Below, piece after piece: positions 21,537 to 29,680 of a DNA stretch of 64,000 bases (its first letter is position 1; the number at the start of each line of letters is the position of its first letter). The translations under genes were made by a program, and so were the position numbers. This stretch comes from Myxococcota bacterium. GTDB taxonomy: Bacteria > Myxococcota_A > UBA796 > SXON01. The stretch is taken from NCBI GenBank assembly GCA_040386535.1, contig JAZKFH010000019.1, positions 322,186-386,185 on the forward strand. Direction: 5' to 3'. A model generated the notes under the pieces. It saw nothing but the letters and a program-made list of their open reading frames with translations. It was not told where the DNA came from and searched no databases.

Positions 21537-22214
21537 TCAGTCCTCCACCACGCGGCCGAAGAGCAGGCCGCAGAGGCTCCAGTAGATGACGTTGAAGGCC
21601 ACGAGGAGCCCGACCCAGCTCGGGAGCTGGCTCATCGGGTCGCCCGAGAGGATGAGCGACGTGGCCTTGACGCACGACAATAGCGCCGGAACCACCAGTG
21701 GAAAGAGAAAGAGGGGAAGCAACACGTCGCCCCCCCGCGCCCGGGCCGTGAGCGCCGAGTAGAGCGTGCCCGGCGCCACGAGCCCAGCCGCCCCGAGCGC
21801 GATCACCCCCGCCAGCCGGGGGACACCCAGGACGATGGGCGTGTCGTACAGCGCCACCATCACGGGGATCAGCGCCACGCCGAGGCCGGTGAGCACCGCG
21901 AGGTTCGCCAGGGCCTTGCCGTAGTAGATGGCGCGCGGATCCGTGGGGAGCAGGAGCAGCCCCTCGAGCGCGCCGTTGTGCAGCTCGATGCGGAAGGACT
22001 CGGCGAGCGAGAGCGTGCTGCACAGCAGCAGCGCGAGCCACAGATAGCCCGCGGCGTTCGCCCGCAACATCGTGCTGTCCGGCCCGTTCGCGAACGAGAA
22101 GAGCAGGAGCGTCGTGAGCCCGAACACGGCCACCGCGACGAGGCGTGCCCGCGCGCGCCACTGTTGCAGGAGGTCCTTGCGGAGCACGTTGACGCATTGG
22201 TGGAGAAGCTCCAT
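21537..22214 (-). CDS. ccmB: Heme exporter protein B
   Basis: RKDLL..WR, E..NGALEGL, YYGKAL, LLPLFLFPLVVP. Confidence 0.92.
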   Translation of the reverse strand: MELLHQCVNVLRKDLLQQWRARARLVAVAVFGLTTLLLFSFANGPDSTMLRANAAGYLWLALLLCSTLSLAESFRIELHNGALEGLLLLPTDPRAIYYGKALANLAVLTGLGVALIPVMVALYDTPIVLGVPRLAGVIALGAAGLVAPGTLYSALTARARGGDVLLPLFLFPLVVPALLSCVKATSLILSGDPMSQLPSWVGLLVAFNVIYWSLCGLLFGRVVED

Positions 22215-22225
22215 CGGGTACCCGC

Positions 22226-22954
22226 CTACTCCTGGGGCTCCCCAGCCGGTTCGACGAACTCCACTGCGGGGGCGTCCGCGGCTTTCCCGCGCCACTTAAC
22301 GCGGCCCGCTTCGAGGAGCACCGCCTCGTCGCAGAGCGTGGCGCCCCGGGCGACCTGGTGGGTGGAGAGGACCACGGTGGTGCCCGCTGCGCGCAAGTCC
22401 CGGATCAACTGGTCGACGAAGCGGCCGCCGGCGGGATCGAGCCCGGCGTACGGCTCGTCGAGGAGGACGAGATCGGCGCGCTTCCACAACAAGCGCGCGA
22501 ACGCGAGGCGCTTGCGCATGCCGGCGGAGAAGGTGCGCACCACGTCGTCCGCGCGGCTCTCCAGCCCCACGAGGGCGAGCACGGCGTCGACACCCGGGCC
22601 CTCGCGGGGGGCGAGCCGGGCGTACACCTGGAGGTTCTCCCGCGCGGACAGGTCGTCGTAGTGGTGATCGGCGTGGGAGATCATCGCGACGCGCGCACGC
22701 GCGGCCACGGCGGAACCGCCGAACAGCTGCAGCGAACCGGAGGTGGGCGCGAGGGCCGTGCCGAGAAGGCGGATGAGCGTGGTCTTGCCGGAGCCGTTCG
22801 CGCCGATGACCATCAACGCGCGGCCCGGATCCAGCGAGAGGTCGACCCCACGCAGCGCCCACCGACCGGCGTGGCGGCGCGCCAATCTCACGGCGGCGAC
22901 GACAGGGGCGCGGGCCGGGGGGGAGTGTGTGGGAGCGAACAGGGCTTCCGACAT
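22226..22954 (-). CDS. ccmA: Heme ABC exporter ATP-binding protein
   Basis: GANGSGKT, FSAGMRKR, LLDEPYAGLD; first gene of the ccm operon. Confidence 0.9.
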   Translation of the reverse strand: MSEALFAPTHSPPARAPVVAAVRLARRHAGRWALRGVDLSLDPGRALMVIGANGSGKTTLIRLLGTALAPTSGSLQLFGGSAVAARARVAMISHADHHYDDLSARENLQVYARLAPREGPGVDAVLALVGLESRADDVVRTFSAGMRKRLAFARLLWKRADLVLLDEPYAGLDPAGGRFVDQLIRDLRAAGTTVVLSTHQVARGATLCDEAVLLEAGRVKWRGKAADAPAVEFVEPAGEPQE

Positions 22955-22991
22955 CGGGGGCCCGGTTAACGCGTTAGGTTCGGCCTCGCCG

Positions 22992-23471
22992 ATGGACGAG
23001 CCCGCTTCTACCCCTCCCATCTTCCACCTCGCGTTGGTGCATCCCGAGATCCCGCAGAACGCGGGCAACGTCGGAAGGATGTGCCTCGGAGTAGGCGCGA
23101 AGCTGCACCTCGTCCATCCGCTCGGGTTCTCCACGCACGAGAGCGCGGTCCGGCGGGCGGGGCTCGACTACTGGAAACACGTCGACCTGATGGAGCACGC
23201 CAGCCTCGACGCCTTCTGGGAGTGGGTCGGTGAGCGCCGCGTGTGGTGCCTCTCCTCGCAGGGCACGGTGCCGTACACCCGCGCGCCGTACGCCGTGGGG
23301 GACGTGCTGGTGTTCGGCCGTGAATCGGTCGGCCTGCCCCCCGAGGTGCTCGCGGGGCGGAACCTCCTCCAGATCCCGATGACCGGCCCCACGCGGAGCC
23401 TCAACCTCTCCAACGCCGCCGCCGTGGTGGCCTACGCCGCGCTGGCCCGTCTGCGCCCGGAGCTGTTCTGA
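22992..23471 (+). CDS. trmL: tRNA (cytidine/uridine-2'-O)-methyltransferase (SPOUT)
   Basis: HPEIPQNAGN, HLVHPLGF, RRAGLDYW, FGRESVGLP, IPM...RSLNLSN. Confidence 0.95.
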   Translation: MDEPASTPPIFHLALVHPEIPQNAGNVGRMCLGVGAKLHLVHPLGFSTHESAVRRAGLDYWKHVDLMEHASLDAFWEWVGERRVWCLSSQGTVPYTRAPYAVGDVLVFGRESVGLPPEVLAGRNLLQIPMTGPTRSLNLSNAAAVVAYAALARLRPELF

Positions 23472-24499
23472 TGTTTCCGCCCGACTTCTACGCGGTGGTG
23501 TTGGCGGGCGGTCGCGGTACGCGCTTCTGGCCGTTGTCCCGGCGGAACGTCCCCAAGCAGTGCCTCTCGATCGACGGCGGACCGACGCTCCTGCAGCGCA
23601 CCGTGGCGCGCACGGGCCTGCCGCCGGAGCGCATCCTCGTCGTGACCGGTCCCGACATGGTCGAGCCCGTCCGCGAGCAGATCCCCGGGATCGAGGTGCT
23701 CGTCGAGCCGAGTCCGCGGAACACCGCGCCGGCCATCGCCTGGGCCACCTGGGAGGTCGCGCGCCGCGGGGGCACGAGCTGCGCCGTGTTGCCGTCCGAC
23801 CACGTCATCGCCGACGAGCCCGCGTTCCGCGCCTCCCTCGCGCAGGCGGCGCGCGTCGCGTCGGGTGGCGCGCTCGTCACCCTCGGCGTGAGGCCCACGC
23901 GCCCGGAGACCGGGTACGGCTGGATCGAGCCGGAAGAGAGCGCGGGCGCAGACCACGCGGTGCGCCGCTTCGTCGAGAAGCCGCCTCTCGAGACCGCGGA
24001 GCGCCTCCTCGCCGGTGGCCGCCACCTGTGGAACGCCGGCATGTTCGTGTGGACCACGCGGGCGCTGCTCGACGCGGTCGCCACCCACCTGCCCGGCACC
24101 GCGGCGATGCTCGCGAAGCTCGACGCCGGCGCGACCATCGCGGACGTGTGGGGCCTCTCCGACGCCACGAGCATCGACTACGGCGTGATGGAGCGCGCCC
24201 GGGACATCCGCGTGGTGCCCGTCGACTTCGGGTGGTCCGACGTGGGGAGCTGGCCCGCCCTGCTCGAGGTGCTTCCGCTGGGGGAGGGCGGCGTGACGGT
24301 CGCGGACGCGGTGGTGGCCCGCCGCGCGGAGGGCAACATCGTCCACGCCCGCGGCAAGCTCGTCGCGCTGCTCGGGGTCGACGATCTCATCGTGGTGGAC
24401 ACGCCGGACGCGCTGCTCGTGGCGCGGCGAGCGGACGCGCAGGAGGTGCGCCTCCTGCTCGAAGAGGTCGAGCGCCGCGGGCTCGGTCGGTACGCTTGA
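23471..24499 (+). CDS. manC: Mannose-1-phosphate guanylyltransferase
   Basis: LAGGRGTRFWPLSR..PKQ, RNTAPAI, PSDH, PETGYG, FVEKP, WNAGMF, SIDYGVME, WSDVGSW. Confidence 0.95.
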   Translation: MFPPDFYAVVLAGGRGTRFWPLSRRNVPKQCLSIDGGPTLLQRTVARTGLPPERILVVTGPDMVEPVREQIPGIEVLVEPSPRNTAPAIAWATWEVARRGGTSCAVLPSDHVIADEPAFRASLAQAARVASGGALVTLGVRPTRPETGYGWIEPEESAGADHAVRRFVEKPPLETAERLLAGGRHLWNAGMFVWTTRALLDAVATHLPGTAAMLAKLDAGATIADVWGLSDATSIDYGVMERARDIRVVPVDFGWSDVGSWPALLEVLPLGEGGVTVADAVVARRAEGNIVHARGKLVALLGVDDLIVVDTPDALLVARRADAQEVRLLLEEVERRGLGRYA

Positions 24500-24595
24500 C
24501 ACACGGGCCTGCGTAGGCGGTAGGATTCGTCGCGCCGCCCGCGGAACCCTCCGCGCGACCCGACCGGGTCCTCCGCCATCGCCCCCGAGGCTTCC

Positions 24596-24976
24596 ATGTC
24601 CCTCGCGCTCCTCGTCCTCGCCGCGTGCGCCAACCAGGTCACGATTACGCCCAGCCAGGGCGGCTGCGCCGACTACGACTTCGCCGATCCGGCCGAGTCC
24701 ACCATCGAGTGGGAGGCGTCGAAGTCCGGCAGCGCGCGCGTGTGGCGCGCCAACGCCCTGCAGGAGCAGACCGGCCTCGTGTTCGATCCGCTGATCGAGG
24801 TCGAAGGCAAGGTGGTCAGCGTCTACGAGGCGTGGACGGGCGGCGAGACCGAGGACTCGTTCTGCTACGAGCCCGTCGTGTCGTTCGAGGGCCTCTCCCG
24901 CGAGCTGCAGGTGCGCTGGTACCTGTACGCCGGAGACACCGTGCCCTACGAGTCCGTGGAGATCGACGCGCCCTGA
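24596..24976 (+). CDS. Hypothetical lipoprotein
   Basis: MSLALLVLAAC lipobox, SD GAGG, acidic beta-rich body. Confidence 0.7.
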   Translation: MSLALLVLAACANQVTITPSQGGCADYDFADPAESTIEWEASKSGSARVWRANALQEQTGLVFDPLIEVEGKVVSVYEAWTGGETEDSFCYEPVVSFEGLSRELQVRWYLYAGDTVPYESVEIDAP

Positions 24977-25001
24977 GGGCCCGCTCCACCGGAGCGGACC
25001 G

Positions 25002-25043
25002 AGCTACTGGGCGCGCGTGTCCAGCTACTGGCCGCGCGTGTCC
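25002..25043. repeat. 21-bp tandem duplication (1 mismatch) of a gene 3' end including its stop codon
   Basis: AGCTACTGGGCGCGCGTGTCC / AGCTACTGGCCGCGCGTGTCC. Confidence 0.88.
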
Positions 25044-25609
25044 ATCGTGCCGTCCCCGTCGACGTCCTTGCCGGTCTTCACGACCGTGCCGGTCTCGTCG
25101 AGGTACTCCCACGCGTCGATCCGGCCGTCGGCGTCGGAGTCGCGCTCCTTGCGGCGGACCACGCCCGACTCGTAATACTTGAACAGGTCGAACGTGCCGT
25201 TGAAGTCGGTGTCGACCTCGGCGTAGGTGCGCTTGCCGCCGATGTAGTGATCGACCCAGTCGGCGCGCCCGTCGAAGTCCTGGTCGAGCTGCTCCTTCAC
25301 GCGCTGCCCGCCATCGTCGAACTCCGAGCGGACGTCGATGCGGCCGTCATGGTTCAGGTCGGTGTCCTTGCGGACGAGCAGGCGCGGCGCGTCGGTGCGC
25401 TCACGGAAGTAGTTCGTGATCTCGGGCTTGCCGTCGCGGTCGAAGTCGACCTTGACCTCGGTCAGGCCGTCCGCCGTGGTCGTGGTCGTCAGCTGTTCGG
25501 CCGGGCCGCTGTCGGGAACCTCGCCCTTCATGTAGTCGCCGTTCTGCGTCGGCTTCGGACAACCAAGGAGGACCGTGGGCAGGGCCGCGAGCAGCAGGAG
25601 GGGGAACAT
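25025..25609 (-). CDS. Lipoprotein with DxDxDG calcium-binding-loop repeats
   Basis: LLGC lipobox; six loops DFDRDGK, DLNHDGR, DQDFDGR, DTDFNGT, DSDADGR, DVDGDGT at about 22-aa spacing. Confidence 0.8.
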   Translation of the reverse strand: MFPLLLLAALPTVLLGCPKPTQNGDYMKGEVPDSGPAEQLTTTTTADGLTEVKVDFDRDGKPEITNYFRERTDAPRLLVRKDTDLNHDGRIDVRSEFDDGGQRVKEQLDQDFDGRADWVDHYIGGKRTYAEVDTDFNGTFDLFKYYESGVVRRKERDSDADGRIDAWEYLDETGTVVKTGKDVDGDGTMDTRGQ

Positions 25610-25823
25610 CTGGGGAACCAGCAGCGTCCGCGAACGGTTCAAGAGCGCCTCTGTGGCGACGGGCAGGGCCGAGCGTAGTGAAAACAACACGCTGCTCGGC
25701 GTATCCTGTCAAACGCGCCGCTGCCTTGTCCGGTAAGCCACACGGCAGCGTGCCGTGCGTGGGGTCGCGGAGCGCGCCGTCGCTCACGTGGACGTTGTGA
25801 TAGGGTGGCGGCTCGGAGGGGCG

Positions 25824-26990
25824 TTGTCCGAAGCTCGGCGCAAGCACCTGCTCGTCGTGGACGACGAGCCGGTCATCCTGCAGATCCTCAAGGCGGTGTT
25901 CGAGGAGGAGCCCTATCGGCTCACGCTCCTCTCCTCCGGTCGTGACGCCCTGCGCGTCATCGCCGAGGACGACGTCGATCTCCTCCTCACCGACAAGAAC
26001 CTCCCCGACGTGGGCGGGATGGAACTCCTCCGCGCCGCCAAGCAGAAGGACGCGCTGACGGAGGTGGTGATCATCACCGGATACGGCTCGTTGGAGACAG
26101 CGCTCACGGCGCTCGAATTCGACGCGTTCGACTACGTGCTCAAGCCGCTGAACAACGTCTTCGACATCCGCAAGAAGGTGCGGCAGGCGTTCCAGAAGCA
26201 GGAGATCGCGCTCGAGAACCGGCGGCTGATCGCCGAGCTCCAGAAGAAGAACTCCGAGCTCGAGGTGGCCCTCGAAGAGACGCGCGGCCTGCAGGCCGAG
26301 CTCATCCAGTCGGAGAAACTCGCGGGCATCGGCACGCTGGCGGCCGGCATCGCCCACGAGATCAGCTCGCCGCTGTTCGGCATCATGGGGCTCGCCGAAG
26401 CCGTGGTGGACGAGCAGGATCTCGCGCTCGCCCAGGGCTACGCGCGGGACGTCGTCGAGTACTGCCGCACCATCCGCGACATCGTAGTCGAGCTGTCCAG
26501 TTACTCGCGCGTCGCGACGAGCGAATACCTCACCACAGTCGAGCTCTCCCGCGTGGTGCTCGACGCGTTGCGGCTCGTCGAGCGCTCCGCCCCCGTGTCC
26601 GAGGTGCGCTTCGAGACCGATCTGGGCGCCGGGCTGTACCTCAACGCGCGCACGAACGAGATCCAGCAGGTGTTCGTCAACCTGATCAAGAACGCCGCTG
26701 AAGCCGTTCTCGAGCGCCACCCCGGCGGGGGCGGCGTGGTCCGGATCGCGTCCGGCTATGGGGACGGCTGGACCTGGGCGACCGTCAGCGACAACGGCTC
26801 GGGCATCCCCGAGGACAAGCGCCGCCTCATCTTCGACCCGTTCTACACGACCAAGCCGCCGGGCAAGGGGACGGGCCTCGGGCTCAACATCGTGTACCGC
26901 ATCGTGACGAAGTACCGCGGCAGCATCCAGGTCCAGAGCGGCGTCGGGGAGGGGACCACCTTCGAGCTTCGGTTCCCGGTCGACCGGTAG
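25824..26990 (+). CDS. Hybrid receiver-histidine kinase (REC-HisKA-HATPase)
   Basis: LLVVDDE, LLTDKNLP, YVLKP; IAHEISSPL, NLIKNA, SDNGSG, FDPFYTTK, GTGLGL; TTG start after GGAGG. Confidence 0.92.
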   Translation: MSEARRKHLLVVDDEPVILQILKAVFEEEPYRLTLLSSGRDALRVIAEDDVDLLLTDKNLPDVGGMELLRAAKQKDALTEVVIITGYGSLETALTALEFDAFDYVLKPLNNVFDIRKKVRQAFQKQEIALENRRLIAELQKKNSELEVALEETRGLQAELIQSEKLAGIGTLAAGIAHEISSPLFGIMGLAEAVVDEQDLALAQGYARDVVEYCRTIRDIVVELSSYSRVATSEYLTTVELSRVVLDALRLVERSAPVSEVRFETDLGAGLYLNARTNEIQQVFVNLIKNAAEAVLERHPGGGGVVRIASGYGDGWTWATVSDNGSGIPEDKRRLIFDPFYTTKPPGKGTGLGLNIVYRIVTKYRGSIQVQSGVGEGTTFELRFPVDR

Positions 26991-26997
26991 CGCGTCG

Positions 26998-28818
26998 ATG
27001 CGGCTCGGCCTCCGCATCAGCTTCTTCGTGGCGTTCACCGCGATCATCCCGGTGTTGCTGCTGGCGCTCGCCGCGTCGCAGGTCGCGCGGAGCCAGGCAG
27101 AGGGGCAGATCGTCGACTTCCAGGTGGAGGCCGCGCGCTCCCTGGGGGCCTCCATCGCGCGCCAACTCGCCGACACCGAGCGCGTGCTGATCCAGCAGGT
27201 CGCCAACTTCCGATTGGACGTCGCCTCCGACGAGGCGCGCGCGTCGTTCCTCGTGGCGACGTACCGGCTGTTTCCCGAGATCGCGATCGCAGTGCTCCTG
27301 GACGAGGACGGCGTCGAGATCGCCCCGCCGCTCTTCCAGCCCGAGGGCAAGGAGCCCGACCTGGTCGACCACGACCAGGTGTCGATCGCCCGGCTCACCC
27401 AGTTCCGCGCGGCGCTCCCGGCCCCCTCGCGTGTGCCCGGCGCCGTCGTCGTCGGGGAGCCGTACCTCCCGGATCGCGCCGCGGCCGCCGTCCTCCCGAT
27501 GGTGTTCACATCGCCGTGGGGCGACGGCGTGGCGCTGGCGGTCGAGCTCTCCCTCGCGCCCGTCGCGTCTCGGATGAGCACGATGGCGCACCAACGCGAG
27601 ATCAACCTCATGAGCGCGGACGGCCTGGTGCTCCTCCGGGCAGGGCCTCGCGGCCTGGTGGACCCGTCCCGGACGCGTGCGTTCCTCCGGAACGCCGAGG
27701 TCGACCTTCGCTACGACACGGCCGACGGGGAGGCGGTCCTCGCGGCGTTGGCGAGCGTCCCCGGGCACGACTGGGCCGTCGTCGTGGCCGAGCCCGCGGA
27801 CGCCGTGGGGGCGGCGGCGCACGAGATCCAGCTGCGCACCTGGTACGTCGGCGGCGTCGCGCTCCTCATCGCCCTGGTCGGCGGCGGGTTCCTGACGCGT
27901 TCGATCACCGGGCCGGTCGTGAAGCTCCGCGACGCTTCGCACGCGGTCGGGCGGGGGGAGTTCGCGTCGCGCATGCCGATCGAGGGGCGGGACGAGCTCA
28001 CCGAGCTGGCGACCGCGTTCAACCGCATGTCCGCCTCGCTCGAGCAGAACGCGGCGGAGATCGCGTCGAAGAACCAGGAGATCGAGCGGTTCAACCTCGA
28101 GCTCCAGGCGCGCGTGGAGCAGCGCACCCACCAGCTTCGCGAGGCCCAGGCCCGCCTCGTCCAGACCGGCCAGCTCGCCGCGGTGGGCGAGCTCTCCGCG
28201 GGCCTCGCCCACGAGCTGAACAACCCGCTCGCGGGAATTCTTGGGGTCGTGCAGATTCTCTCCGCGCAGCTCCACGATCGTCCCGAGGCCGCGCTCCTCC
28301 GCGCCGCCGAGACCGAGGCGCTCCGGTGCAAGGACATCGTGGCGAACCTCCTCCGGTTCACACGCTCGGGGCCACAGAAGGGGCCGGGCGCCGAGGATGT
28401 GGTAGATTTGGGCGCCGTCGTGCGGGACGTGCTCGCGCTGGTGGGCGGGCCTCTCCGCCAACGGGGAGTCGCGGTGGACCTCTCGACGACCGATGCGCCG
28501 ATGTTGATGCGTGGCGACGCATCCCAGCTCGGCCGTGCCCTCGGGCAGCTGCTCACGTCGTTGCGGGCCGTCGCGGAGCCGGGATCCACCTTGACGATCG
28601 CCGGCGCGGTGCCCGGCCCGGAGCTCGAGCTCCGCTTCGCCCTTGCGCGCACGGTACGGGACACGGACGACTGGCGTGCTGCCGGCCTCGGCTTCTGGGT
28701 GGCCCGGCAGGTGTTCCAGGAGCACGGCGCGACCCTCGAGGAGCCGGTCGGCGAGCGGGGAGACGCACGGACCTGGCTCCTGCGCGCCCCGCGCTGCCTC
28801 GCCGGGGACGTGGCCTGA
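26998..28818 (+). CDS. Membrane sensor (Cache-like, HAMP, HisKA) with a degenerate HATPase domain
   Basis: Two TM helices, HAMP (ITGPVVKL...DELTELATAFNRM), H-box LAHELNNPL; N, G1 and F boxes missing. Confidence 0.88.
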   Translation: MRLGLRISFFVAFTAIIPVLLLALAASQVARSQAEGQIVDFQVEAARSLGASIARQLADTERVLIQQVANFRLDVASDEARASFLVATYRLFPEIAIAVLLDEDGVEIAPPLFQPEGKEPDLVDHDQVSIARLTQFRAALPAPSRVPGAVVVGEPYLPDRAAAAVLPMVFTSPWGDGVALAVELSLAPVASRMSTMAHQREINLMSADGLVLLRAGPRGLVDPSRTRAFLRNAEVDLRYDTADGEAVLAALASVPGHDWAVVVAEPADAVGAAAHEIQLRTWYVGGVALLIALVGGGFLTRSITGPVVKLRDASHAVGRGEFASRMPIEGRDELTELATAFNRMSASLEQNAAEIASKNQEIERFNLELQARVEQRTHQLREAQARLVQTGQLAAVGELSAGLAHELNNPLAGILGVVQILSAQLHDRPEAALLRAAETEALRCKDIVANLLRFTRSGPQKGPGAEDVVDLGAVVRDVLALVGGPLRQRGVAVDLSTTDAPMLMRGDASQLGRALGQLLTSLRAVAEPGSTLTIAGAVPGPELELRFALARTVRDTDDWRAAGLGFWVARQVFQEHGATLEEPVGERGDARTWLLRAPRCLAGDVA

Positions 28819-29678
28819 TGTCCAAGGAGCTCCAAGCCCTCCTGGTGCTCCTGCTCATCCTCGGCGTCGCGTGGCTAGGGTACGGCCGGCTCTTCGGGGA
28901 CGACGGCGGGGAGCGGCTCGTCGTGGCCGCGATCGAGGGCACGGTGCGGCGGGTGGACGGCTTCGGGGCCGAGATCCCGGCCGAGGCCGGCCTGGCCCTC
29001 AAGCCGCGGGATCGCATCGTCGCCGGTGTCGGAGGCCGCGCGGTGCTCGCGCTCGGGCCGGACTCGCGCGTCACCATCGAGGAGTCCTCGGCCGTGCGGG
29101 TCCTCGCCGCCGATCAGTCCGGCGTGAAGCTCGAGCTGGAAGGCGGCCGCGTCCAGGCGACCATCCGCCCCGGCTCCGGCCGCCTCGGCATCTCGTCCGA
29201 GGGCACCTCCGTCGTGGCGGACGACGCCGACTTCACCGTCGTCCGCGGGGACGACGGCACCCTCGGCGTCGTCGCCGATCGTGGTCAGGTCGGGATCGAG
29301 GGGATCCCCGGCACCGAGCGCCTCTCGGCGGGTGAGCGTCTCGTCGCGGCGCGCGGGGGCACGGCCCTCGTCGCCCCCGCGTCCGAAGAGCTCTTGTTGA
29401 AGGTCGCCTGGCCGACCGCCGCGCGCACCCGCGACGAGGCCACCGAGGTGCGCGGGCACACCGAGCCGAACGCGTATGTGCGGCTCGGGTGGGACGGCGC
29501 GTGGGTCGAGGTCAAGGCGGACGCCGCTGGGGACTTCGTGGCCCGCGTGCCCCTCGCCGAGGGGTCCAACGAGATCCGCGTGGAGGCGAGATCCGTGCTC
29601 GGCACGTCGATTGCGGCGTCCCACACGGTCGTGCGGGACACCACGGCACCGAACGTCAGCACGCAGATACGGTACTGA
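28818..29678 (+). CDS. FecR-domain membrane protein with a C-terminal Ig-like domain
   Basis: N-terminal TM, DRIVAG..GRAVLAL.PDSRVTIEESS, LELEGGRV, DFTV; C-terminal GHTEP...GDF..RVPLAEGSNEIRVEA. Confidence 0.8.
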   Translation: MSKELQALLVLLLILGVAWLGYGRLFGDDGGERLVVAAIEGTVRRVDGFGAEIPAEAGLALKPRDRIVAGVGGRAVLALGPDSRVTIEESSAVRVLAADQSGVKLELEGGRVQATIRPGSGRLGISSEGTSVVADDADFTVVRGDDGTLGVVADRGQVGIEGIPGTERLSAGERLVAARGGTALVAPASEELLLKVAWPTAARTRDEATEVRGHTEPNAYVRLGWDGAWVEVKADAAGDFVARVPLAEGSNEIRVEARSVLGTSIAASHTVVRDTTAPNVSTQIRY

Positions 29679-29680
29679 TC

